64,000 nucleotides of DNA. It comes from Chrysemys picta bellii (Eukaryota). Positions 51,565 through 63,170 of the stretch are shown here, one piece after another; positions within the stretch are counted from its first letter, which is position 1, and each line of letters begins with the position of its first letter. The position numbers and the translations under genes are program-made. The stretch spans positions 18,662,001-18,726,000 of the forward strand of contig NC_088810.1 of the NCBI RefSeq assembly GCF_011386835.1. The letters run 5' to 3'. The notes under the pieces were generated by a model. It made no database searches. It had not been told where the DNA came from and saw only the letters and a program-made list of their open reading frames with translations.

Positions 51565-52269
51565 GAACAGGAGTACTTGTGGCACCTTAGAGACTAACAA
51601 ATTTATTAGAGCATAAGCTTTCGTGGACTACAGCCCACTTCTTCGGATGCATATAGAATGGAACATATATTGAGGAGATATATATACACACATACAGAGA
51701 GCATAAACAGGTGGGAGTTGTCTTACCAACTCTGAGAGGCCAATTAATTAAGAGAAAAAAAACTTTTGAAGTGATAATCAAGATAGCCCAGTACAGACAG
51801 TTTGATAAGAAGTGTGAGAATACTTACAAGGGGAGATAGATTCAATGTTTGTAATGGCTCAGCCATTCCCAGTCCTTATTCAAACCGGAGTTGATTGTAT
51901 CTAGTTTGCATATCAATTCTAGCTCAGCAGTCTCTCGTTGGAGTCTGTTTTTGAAGTTTTTCTGTAAGTATTCTCACACTTCTTATCAAACTGTCTGTAC
52001 TGGGCTAGCTTGATTATCACTTCAAAAGTTTTTTTTCTCTTAATTAATTGGCCTCTCAGAGTTGGTAAGACAACTCCCACCTGTTTATGCTCTCTGTATG
52101 TGTGTATATATATCTCCTCAATATATGTTCCATTCTATATGAATCTGAAGAAGTGGGCTGTAGTCCACGAAAGCTTATGCTCTAATAAATTTGTTAGTCT
52201 CTAAGGTGCCACAAGTACTCCTGTTCTTCTTTTTGCGGATACAGACTAACACGGCTGCTACTCTGAAAC
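51565..52269. mobile_element. Young Penelope insertion with ~260-bp inverted repeat
   Basis: Arms 51565-~51827 and ~51967-52227. The spacer encodes the GIY-YIG C-terminus on the minus strand (KNFKNRLQRETAELELICKLDTINSGLNKDWEWLSHYKH*). 12-bp TSD ctgaacttagat (51553-64, 52270-81). Confidence 0.88.
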
Positions 52270-53000
52270 CTGAACTTAGATGCTGACTCTAACAGCGTCT
52301 AAGCACCCACCATTCTCCTTGACTTTGCTGAGTGTGGCAGGTGCCCAGCACATCACAGCAGGTGCCTCAGCACCAGGCAGGATTGGGCTCTTACAGTGTA
52401 TCTACAAATCTCTTTAGACACTGTGGGGGTGGAGCGGGACAGCTGTCTGACAGCCCCACAGCAGCACTGCGCAGTGCCTTAGGGCAGGAAGTGAAAAGGA
52501 GCCATGTAGCCAACGGCAGCTACAGGAGCAATTTTACACTCATGTAATTACCAGGGCTGGGCAGAAAATGGATTTCCCACCCCACACACATTTTCAAGAT
52601 ATCGAAAAATGTTACTGTCTCGAACTAGAATGAAAAGTGACAATCTCAAAAATTTTCTTGAACCGAAAATTATTTTTGGTTTGGGCGAACGGAATTTTGA
52701 CCATACAACTATAATTACCGTAAACTTCTAATCAGGACGTCATTTTGAACTGGGGAGCTGGAATTTTTCCTTTTGCAATTTTTGAAAAACGTTTTTTTCC
52801 ACGTCAAGAAATTCATCAGAACCGACTCTTTTTCCATGAAAAAAAAAAATCTGCATTTGAACAAATGGGCATTTTCTGACAAAGAAATGTTTCTTCTAGA
52901 GACTCCTGACCAGCTCTAGTGATCACCCAAACGGGACAGTGGCCAAGGAGCTCTGTGGCTGAATTTCCAGAGTTCAGAACAGCTCAAGCTTTGTCACCTG

Positions 53001-53449
53001 CAGGGCCAGCTCTGGTTTTCTGGCCGCCCCAAGCGAAAAAAAAAAAAAACAACCTACGGTGTGGCCGGAGCCAGGGTGCAGGGGGATTCCCTGCCCTGCA
53101 GATGTGCCCCGGCTAGCGGGCCTAAGGGGAGGGAGCGGAGGAGAGAGAGAAGGGGGGCAGCCAGGGTTTTAGCGGGGCGCTGCCACGGGGACCCTCCCGC
53201 CGTGCCCCCTACCAGGAGGGCTCCACACCGCTCCAGTCGGCTGGGAGGGAAGGACGCGGGCTGCCCTGCCGGGCTTGCTGCAGGGCGCTCCCGTCCTCCA
53301 TGCCGCTGCCCCCTATAGGGCGGCCAGAGTGGAACAACAACAACAACAAAAAAGCGGCCGTGTCGCCCTAGGATTGGATGGAATGCCACCTCCTACAAGC
53401 TGCCGCTCCAAGCACCAGCTTGCTCGGCTGGTGCCTGGAGCCGGCCCTG
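53001..53449. mobile_element. hAT-type non-autonomous element
   Basis: Ends cagggccagctc / gagccggccctg; 8-bp TSD gtcacctg (52993-53000, 53450-57); empty site at about 32735. Confidence 0.85.
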
Positions 53450-56258
53450 GTCACCTGCCTCCAAATTGTGCAGTTCAGATCCCGCATTTTTGTGCACCCA
53501 AACTCCCATTGATTTGAGTGGAACAGTGCTGGGTGCACCAGGAACACAGGATCTGGCCTTGTAGCCCACAAACTCTGGGCTAACAAGAGGCATCGTGGGT
53601 ATACTGCAAACACTTCATGCAGCACAATACATCATGATTAATTCCTGATTGTGGTCGTTTTGACACCTGCGCATGTTTGGCTCCTCATTTATTATAATAA
53701 TAATAATAATTCCAGGCTTATCATGAGTAGATCTCAAAGTGCTTTACAAAGGAGGTCAGTATCGTTATCCCCATTTTACAGATGGAGAAACTGAGGCACA
53801 GAGAGGGAGACTGACAGCCCAGGATCACCCCACAGCAGAGACAGGAATAGAACCCAACTCTCCTGAGTCTCAGTCCAAAACTGCCTAGTGGATACAGCTA
53901 ATTATCCACATTACCTTATTGATAATTAGCTACAGATAAATTGGGGGAGCAATTTACACTTCCTCGGTAACCAAAAGCAGGGGGATAGAACTGAAAAGAA
54001 GAAATCCGCCCCAGCTCTTTGCTCCGCGAACAAACAAAACAAAAGCATCAAAATAAGTGGGTAGAAACTGACCACAAAAGCAAGTGCAATTATCCGAGCA
54101 AACAGGTTTTGATCTTTTTTTAAAACCATTGCTCCTTTGCAGCAAACATGGCTCTATGTCCTGTAGCCTGCGGTTTTCTTAAGATCAGCTTCAATTTGCT
54201 TTCTTAGAAAACAATGTAGAAATAAAAATCAATCAAAACAATGACAGTAGCTTTCTCTTTGTCCTGGATTTTAATAGACTTGCGTTGGAGAAGATTAAAT
54301 GCAAAATGAACGTATATCAGTTAAGTGTGACTGGGGGCAATAGTCTTTAGGGTAAATTTTCAAACATGCCTAAATGACTTAGGTGCCTTATTTCCAATTG
54401 GTTCTATAAACGCTGCTAGTTGGCTACCTGGAACTTTAAGCACCTAAATACCTTTGAAAATCTAGTTCTGAGGGCCCTAGATACCACTGAAAAATAAATC
54501 AATGGTATTTAGTCTTCCAAGTGCCTAAATCACTTTTGAAAACAAGATTTAGGCTCCTATGTGATTTAGGTGCTTCCACCACAATTTGGCTAAATTTCTG
54601 TAACAATTACAGTTAGGGCTATGATTTTATCATGAAAATTTGTAATAAATTTCAGGCAGAGAGATACAAGAAAACAGCTATAAGAAAGCGGGAGCAGGGG
54701 AAAGATGGGGGGTTGGAGGGCGAGACCCCCGTACCCTCATCCTGCAGTGGCACCTCCTGTCCCGGGGGGCTGGGTCCAGCTCGGGGCATTGTGATCTGGC
54801 CCATATGGGCACAATGCCACTTAGGTTTGGTGTGTTCCCTCCCCAACCCCGTAGAAGCAAATGGAGGGGCAGAAGTGCCAAAGATGAGTGACACCGAGAC
54901 CATGTGGGCCAGGTCACAATGTCCATTCCTAGGAGCCAGGCCCAGCCTCGCTGGCCAGGAGCCGCTGCTGCACGGGGTCATGGAGTTTCCTCAGATTTGT
55001 GGCTCCCATGAACACCACGCCAAAATCGTAGCCTGAATTCTAGCTGAGTTGATTGGCCTGATATACAGGACCTTGATATCGGGGATGCACATTTATGGCA
55101 CTAGGCCCCCAGTTCAGCAGAGCTCTTTTAATCTAGCTCTGTACTTATGTATCCTGATCACCCCATTGTGAGGTACGAAGAATTATCCCCATTTTACAGC
55201 TGGGGAGTGGAGGCCCAGAGAGACTTGGGGTAACGTGTTCAAAAGCCCCAAGTGACTTGGGAGGCAAAGCCCCACTTTGGACTAAGGCTCTTAAATCCTT
55301 TGAAAGTCACTGGGATGTAAGTGACCAGCCCTAAGTCACACACGGAGCCTGTGGCAGAGCAGGGATTTAACGGAGAGCCCCATAGTCCCTGGCTAACACC
55401 TTGACAACCGCACCGTCCTTCCTCTCTTCAAGCAAGTGCTGAAGTCCCAGTGAACCAGTTAGGCCAGGAGAGGTGTTTGCACCACATTCAACTTCCCCTG
55501 GAGCTAGGTATCACTGAGATACGGGTCAAACCCTGGCCCCCACCCTGGTCCCTTTGTGCTGCTCCCATGACACCAAGGGAGCAGAAACTGGCTACACGTG
55601 CCGGGGGTGTAAAGGCAGCAGAGCCAGCCCTTGCAGCCAACAACCCTTGGCATGTAGGGTGTGGCCGGCGCATGCTGCACTTGGGATCTCCCCAGCTGGC
55701 AAATGGATCCTTGGGAGTCATTACTGCCTGGTGTAGTTTAGAGCAGCCTCCAGGCTGGGCCAGTTTAGATACGTCTGGAAGATCAACTTGGGATAACAGG
55801 AGAGTGGGCCCAGCAAAGGCTCTGGCCCTGATTTGCAGTAAGGTTTTATTGAGGCTGAGGTTTGAAACGGCAATTTGGATGCTCAGTTAATGTGAGTTTG
55901 GCAACCTAATCCCTGATGGGGCTTTGTAACTCTCAGCCTTAATATCCAAGTACGGTCATCTCTGCGGATCGGCTGTTTTCCAGACTGCGTCAGTCTTCTT
56001 AGCACATGTGCAACATGCCTCAGGTGGCACGTGACCAGGATTCACCACCAAATTTGGTCCATTGGTTGATGAAAACTGTTTAGAGGGGATGGATTTGGAA
56101 TCTTAGTGGGCATTTCACTTTGCTCCCTTCGCAAACAATTTTGCACATTACGCGAGGGAACATGCATTCTGCGTATATCTGAAGTAAGTGTCCTAAACCA
56201 CTTTTTGCCCTGAATTGTCCCACATGGTGTCACTTCACCACACTCATATACTCTAGCC

Positions 56259-56546
56259 TAGTGGTCCCCAACCTTTTCCGTGGGGCGGGCGCCAGACGAC
56301 TACCCGCCGAGGACCGTGGCTGCTGGACAAGCAGCCGCCGAAATGCCGCCGTGAAGTGGCAACATCAAGAGGCGTCGCCACCGAAATGCTGCCGAAATTT
56401 GGCAGCATTTCGGCGGTAGCGCTTCTTGACGTTGCCGCTTCACGGAGGCATTTTGGCGGCTGCTTGTCTGGCGGCCAGCAGGCAGGCGCACATGGATGCC
56501 CCGGCGGGTGCCATGGAGCTCGTGGGCACCGCGTTGGGGACCCCTG
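56259..56546. mobile_element. hAT-type non-autonomous element
   Basis: Ends tagtggtccccaac / gttggggacccctg; TSD ctctagcc / ctctagct (7 of 8 match). Confidence 0.75.
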
Positions 56547-57468
56547 CTCTAGCTCCATCCATTGCTTTCCCAGTAGGCCCCATTCCCAGCCCTTTCCTTT
56601 AGCTATAGTTATAACTAAAAACTCATACAACGTTTTATTTTTGCTAATTTTCCCACTTCCATGGTCCCCAATGAGCCTGTTTGCTGGTTTCTTCCATCCT
56701 TTGCTAAAATCTTGGGGAAACCTTGACTTCCATGTGAAATGCCTCTTGGCGATTGTTATGTTCACATCATACAAACAGAGATGTTAAATTAACATGAAAT
56801 ACTCTTGCTGGAGGGTTGCAGCTTAACACGACTTTTATTCTTAGATAACACACAGTAAAACCAAAACCAGAGAGAGACGAAGCAGGCTGCTCCGCAAGGC
56901 AGAGAGGCAAAACTCACCTCATCTTTTTCTAGGCTGGCTCTTTCCAGACTGAGAGTTGTTAGGCCCAGATTACACACTTCCCTACGGACAGGGAGCAGGA
57001 CCAGGAAACCCTCTGAAATTTAAAGGGATAAATCACAAGATTAACAATTTTCATTCACCACTGTGATATTGATGCTAATCCCATCTGACCTTAATCATCT
57101 GTGAAGCAGAATTGCAGTCAGAAGAGGGTCTTATTATGGGCATCCAATTAGAACACAGCAGACTGCACAATACACACACACATCACGCTGTTACCCAGTC
57201 TGAACTTGAATTTCTTCTCTAATAGATTTTAGAGGCAAAGAAACATTCTTCTCCCAGTTTGCTCTGCTGGCTCTCAGAGTAAGATTTTGAATGGGGTTCT
57301 CAGTACCTCCTGGTCCTCCTTTTCTGTCATGCATGTTGCCCCACAGATCTACGAGAGGAAATAGAACATTTTCCTCTCCACGTGACAAAGTCTTTCATCA
57401 AGAGATCCATTCGCTAGCAGGCGTCTGTCTCACAGCATCACCTATTCATTACTGAAGAAAGGCACAAG

Positions 57469-60400
57469 ATGTCCCACCAGATAGTTGGGGTGATTCTAAT
57501 CTATCTGCAAAGTAAGTATTTGAGCCTGATTTATTTCACGCTTGTTTTCTACCACATTAAAAACAATTAATTTTCTGCACAAGGGTCTTCTGCAATTCCA
57601 AGAGGTGCTAACATCGACTTGGGAGAGAGATATTCACATCTTTCAGTTGATTCAGTTCATCAACTGAAATCTTGAGAGGTGATGAAATATTCTGTTTTAA
57701 AACAATCGGAATGCCAGGCACGAACCCCTTGAAAATCGTTTCTGGTTCTGGATAATGTCCTGGATGTACATTTTTTCTATGCTGATGTATTACACACAGG
57801 CTGACAGATTTTTCTGCAGAATGATCAAAAATAGAATTTGAAACACAAATGGCTAAGTTAAACGACTCTCATGTAAAACTTAGTGAAAAGGAAGGTTTTT
57901 TTATCATTGATTTGGGTAAGCATGAGTGGGCATTTGTAATCTGGGGTTTAGGGCAGGGCACTGGAAGTCTGAACTCTGAGGTTGATTTTTGTTGTTAAAT
58001 TACATTAATTCTACATGAATCCTAACAAAGTAAATGGCTAGAAATAGAGAAAATTAAAATGAATCTTTAACAAAAAGGTGCATCTTGTTTATTCTTGGAT
58101 CCTCTGCTCTATATAGTGGGTATTGCAAAAACTCAACCTTTTCCAGTGCTCGCTGTATTAACACACTCCTTTCTTCCCCTGTCTAGTGACTGCCTCAGGA
58201 AAAGAGATACAGATCCTGCAAAGCCCAGCACAGCTGCGGCTGAAATCTGGGGACACTGCACAGCTGCACTGCAAAACATTAGAAGACGAAGTGACCACAA
58301 TGTGGTACAAGGAACAGAGTGGAAGTTTACGGTGGATTTACCGGAGTTCTGAGTTTGCATCGCCAGATGGAAAATACTCGAGTGAAGCGAACACTGCGAC
58401 AAACACGTTTTCTCTAATTATCAGTAATGTACAAAGAGAGGACTCGGGGATTTATTACTGTGGCCTCTTTTCCTTTATGTATCTACAGCCCAACTTCGGG
58501 AATGGGACCAGACTAATTGTCACAGGTGAGTTTCCAATGGCTCAGAACAATGATATCCCAATGCTAGGAGATGTTGTGAAAAAAATCACCCTCTTTTTTG
58601 GCAAGATAGTGACCGATCCCCCCTGTTTCAGCTCTAAGCTATTGGTATTTGTGCAAAGAGGCAATACGGTCCAGGCAGTAAGCCAGGGCATTGAGTTGGA
58701 AATCAGGAAACCTGGGTTATATCCCTTAATCACTGGGCACCGAGGCAAGATTTTCAAAAGAAGTCAGCACCCAATAGCTCCCGTTTAGGTGACCAAAGAA
58801 ATGACCGGATTTTTAAAATGCTCCAATCCAAACCTAGCTTTTGAAAATCAGGGACATTTTTGAAAATCTGACCTTTAATTTCTTTGCATCTCAGATTCCT
58901 CATTTGTATAATGGGGATAATGACTCTCCTATGTAAAAGCACTTTGAGATCTATGGATAAAAAGCACCATATCAGTGCTATGTGTTAGTACTTCCCTGCC
59001 TTCTGGGGTGGGATGTTACATTAGTATTCAGATTTGATATTCATACTTGTGATGATTCCTACTGAAACTGCCTGAGGCTAGGACATGGGGTATGTTCCAC
59101 CTGCCCTGCTTTCCTTATACGACTTGAATATTACTCAAGTTCTTTTCCAGCATTCACCAAACTTTATTATATGATTGCACCCACCTGTTCATACAGGGGA
59201 ATATTCATTGTCTCATTAGCACAGCATGAATTGCACAGAATAATTCAATTACAACTAATAATATCTATATATTTTTGATGCACACTATGTGCAAATAGAC
59301 CAAAGCGTGCACATAACAAGGAAGGCAAGGAATTATTACAGGCACCAACAGAGGCTGTAAGTCACACTAATGGGATGAACGTAATAGGAAAGTTTAGCCT
59401 GACTGGTTTCAGAGTAGCAGCCGTGTTAGTCTGTATCCGCAAAAAGAACAGGAGTACTCGTGGCACCTTAGAGACTAACAAATTTATTAGAGCATAAGCT
59501 TTCGTGGACTACAGCCCACTTCTTCGGATGCATATAGAGTGGAACATATATTGAGGAGATATATATACACACATACAGAGAGCATGAACAGGTGGGAATT
59601 GTCTTACCAACTCTGAGAGGCCAATTAAGTAAGAGAAAAAAACTTTTGAAGTGATAATCAAGATATCTCCCACCTGTTCATGCTCTCTGTATGTGTGTGT
59701 GTGTATATATATCTCCTCAATATATGTTCCACTCTATATGCATCCGAAGAAGTGGGCAGTAGCCCACGAAAGCTTATGCTCTAATAAATTTGTTAGTCTC
59801 TAAGGTGCCACAAGTACTCCTGTTCTTTTAGCCTGACTGTTATGTCTAAGTAAGAATGGTTCCCCTATCAGGCTTTTCACAGCTAGATCGCAAAACACCT
59901 TGCAAAGGTGACTAAGTGTTGTTTAGCTAAGTTTACAGTTGGGGAAACTGAGGCAGTGAGTCGGGACGTGAACTCATCTTCAAGGTCACACAGCAAGTCA
60001 GAGACGGAGCTGGGAAGGGATCTCAGGCCTCCAGACTCCCAGTCTGGTGTCTTTACCACCCAACTGACCAGCTCTTCCTTTGAATTCCATACTGAACCGA
60101 ACACGCTGTCACCACTCAGTAAATAATCTACAAAGATCATATCAGGACAAACTTCCGAGCAGCGACGGATCAGTGGCGTCTCCCAACGTGGATGTCCCAG
60201 AGTGTAAGACATTGAAAAGTGGAGCAGACAAAGCATTAGACATTTAAAACATTCTGCACTGGCTGGGGCAGGGGCAGGAGCTGGCTAGGGACTAGCTGAG
60301 CTACCGCTAACAGGTCTTTCCGATCTCTGTTTTCGGTGACTCAACTCTCTTTTAGATGCCGCCGAGCCGAGACTTTCCATCCTGGTGCCCTCTGCCCCAG

Positions 60401-63170
60401 AGGATGCCGAGCTTCCCCCCGTCATTCCTCTGCTCTGCCTGCTCTCGGATTTCACTCCTCCCTGGAGTGCTGTTCTCTGGGACACTGGTGAGGAGGTGTC
60501 TGAGGGTCAGACAGATGCTGGAGCCATAGACGGGAACGGGGTCTTTAGTGTTTGGAGCCTAACGACAATCCCTTCTGAGACGTGGAACCAGAAAACGATC
60601 TGCACTTGTACGGCCAAGGAGAGCAGCATGGGGAGAAGCATCAGTGCTACAGTCTCCAAGGAAACAGGTCCAGTATCGTATCATCCAATCTAACCTGCCT
60701 ACCTGGGTATTTATCCTACGCCCCTCACCGTGGTATCTGGGCACCAAGAGTCAGCGACATCTACTCCACGCTGGAGGAATAGACAGAATCAGTCGGGATG
60801 GCTCAGGGGAATGATAACTAATGGGAGTGAGGAGAGGTTTTGGAAACCACTGAGAGGTTGCTTGAGCTGTGGGGCGAGTTACAGTCGCTTCCCCCGTCAC
60901 CCACCTTTCCCACCCCCAGCCCTTCTGAAAACCTTCATTTTTCGATGCTCAGTGGTAAGAAATGGGTTTCTGGTTTAGCTGTCAAGTGATTAAAAAAATT
61001 AATCGCAATTAAATGCGCAATTAAAAAAATCAATCATGATTAATTGTGTTGCTAAACAATAATAGAACATCATTTATTTAAATGTGTTTGAATGTTTTCT
61101 ACATTTTCAAATATATTGATTTCAATTACAGCACAGACTGTAAAGTGTACAGTGCTCACTTAATATTTATTTTTGATTACAAATATTTGCACTGTAAAAA
61201 AAACAAAAGAAACAGGATATTTCAATTCCCCTAATACAAGTACTGTAGCGCAATCTCTTTATCATGAAAGTTGAATTTACAAATGTAGAATTATGTACAA
61301 AAAACAACTCTATTCAAAAACCAAACAATGAAAAACTTTAGAGCCTACAAGCCCACTCAGTCCTATTTCTTGTTCAGTCAATCGTCCAGACAAACAAGTT
61401 TGTTTACATTTACAGGAGATAATGTGGCCGTTATCAAGCAGAACCCGCATCAGCATGGACGCATGTCCTCAGGAATTATGGTTGAAGCATGAAGGGACAT
61501 ATGAATCTGCGACATAAATATCTTGCAACGCCAGCTACAGCAGCGCCATGCGAACGCCTGTTCTCACTTTCAGGTGACATTGTAAACAAAAAACGGACCA
61601 CATTATTTCCTGTAAATGTAAACAAACATGTTTGTCTTAGCAATTGGCTGAACAAGAAGTAGGACTGAGTGGACTTGTAGGCTCTAAAGTTTTACATTGT
61701 TTTGTTTTTGAGTACAGTTATTTAACAAAAAAATTCTACATTTGCAAGTTGCACTTTCACAATAAAGAGATTGCACTACAGTACTTGTATGAGATGAATT
61801 GAAAAATACTGTTTCTTTGATCATTTTTACACTGCAAATATTTGTAATAAAAATAATAATATAAAGTGAGCATTGTACACTTTGTATTGAGTTGTAATTG
61901 AAATTAATATATTTGAAAATATAGAAAAAATATTTAAAAATATGTAATACATTCCAATTGGTATTCTATTGTTTAACCGTGCAATTAAAACTGCGATTAA
62001 TCATGATTAATTTTTTAATTGGAATTGTTTTGAGTTAATCGCGTGAGTAAATTGTGATGAATCAACAGCCCTAGTTTCTGGTCAAGTAGCCCGAGCCTTT
62101 CCCTCCATGTGATCACAGCAAGGACACAGACGGGTCACATGGGGTGAGCCAAAGGGGAATAATTAGGAGCATCAGGACAGAAATCAACAAAGGAAACAGT
62201 AGGATGAATGTCAGGAATAGCTTCCTGACAGCGAGATCTAACAAGTAATGGAACAGATGCCCGGGGGCAGGGCAGGAAGCCCCAGTGAACAGGACTGGAC
62301 AAAGCACTAGTGAATATAACATAGGGAACAATCCTGGAGTGGCCAGGGGGGGAGCTGGAGGGCACCCAATGTAACAGGGTCTCATGCTGACACGGCTATG
62401 CCGGTAAAAGCCTTAGTGTGGACACAGTTATACCGGGATAAAGGTGCCTTACACCAGCACAGCTTATTTCTGTTCTGAGCCAGGAGGAGTTATGCCAGAA
62501 ATGTTACAGTGGCAAAGCTTTTAAGTGTAGTCGAGCCCTTCACCAACCAACCAAATTCCAGCTGGCACAGACGGGTGTGTCCAGCCTGCCGAACGGCCAT
62601 TTCATTTCCTAACTGCCTCGGCATTTGCCACAAACTTGGAATCTGACCAGGAAGCTCAAAGAGCCACCCATTAGAGCAATTATTGAGGGAGGAAGGGAGA
62701 GAAGAGAAACACAATACCCCTGGCAAATCATTTTGCACAGCCCCTGTCCCCCGTCCTTTCACATCCCACGGCCTCCGCATACAGGAGGGCAGCATGCTAC
62801 AGAACACAGAGTAATGGGTGTGGAGCGTTGGGGAAAGGACCTCCCTTTGCCCATGATCTTATCTGGGAGGTACAGATCAGGGGCCCTTCTGTTTTGATGG
62901 GAGTTTTCTATACTCTGCAGAGAGAAGGGACGCTGGAGACTGTGAGATTGTGCTCTACGCTGGGCTGCCCTGTATTTTCATCCTTCTCTTCATCCAGTTG
63001 TTGATCTTGCTCTGGAGAAAGTGCCCCGTCAGAGGTAACTCAGTCATATCTCTGTCTGCAGACATGCAGCCACTCATCACTCATCCCTATAATTGTCCCT
63101 TTGTCTGTTTCATCCACCAGGGAGAGCTGTGCGAAGAGGGAATCCAATACCTATGAGGCAGATCCCACAG
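57469..63170 (+). CDS. PRARP: A3: type-A V(J)-C1-TM receptor; final ITSM exon not within the window
   Basis: Exons: 57469-57511 (MSHQIVGVILIYLQ); 58187-58525 (V, YYCGLFSFMYLQPNFGNGTRLIV); 60356-60667 (C1); 62921-63034 (ERRDAGDCEIVLYAGLPCIF..; shifted acceptor); 63121-63170 (GRAVRRGNPIPMRQIPQ). All open. Confidence 0.82.
59406..59826. mobile_element. Young Penelope insertion with inverted arms in the A3 V-C intron
   Basis: Nearly identical to the 51565 element; 13-bp TSD tttagcctgactg (59393-405, 59827-39); empty site in A1 at about 6585. Confidence 0.85.
60974..62073. mobile_element. AT-rich hAT-type element (about 1.1 kb) in the A3 C-TM intron
   Basis: Ends ..gctgtcaagtgattaa / ..atcaacagcccta; 8-bp TSD gtttctgg (60966-73, 62074-81); empty site in A2 at about 39527. 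Confidence 0.85.

Noticed and set aside
53054-53625. Overlapping ORFs at 53.0-53.6 kb and 56.25-56.79 kb
   Set aside because: GC-rich MITE interiors bounded by TIRs and TSDs.
5456-58525. Rearranging TCR or Ig light-chain locus
   Set aside because: V and J are fused in one exon that ends in a splice donor. Each V has its own C1, TM and ITIM/ITSM exons, and there are no separate J segments. The TMs lack the TCR charged-residue pattern.
58526-58788. Extension of the A3 V ORF to 200 aa
   Set aside because: Intron read-through past a strong CAG|GTGAGT donor, not conserved in A1 or A2.
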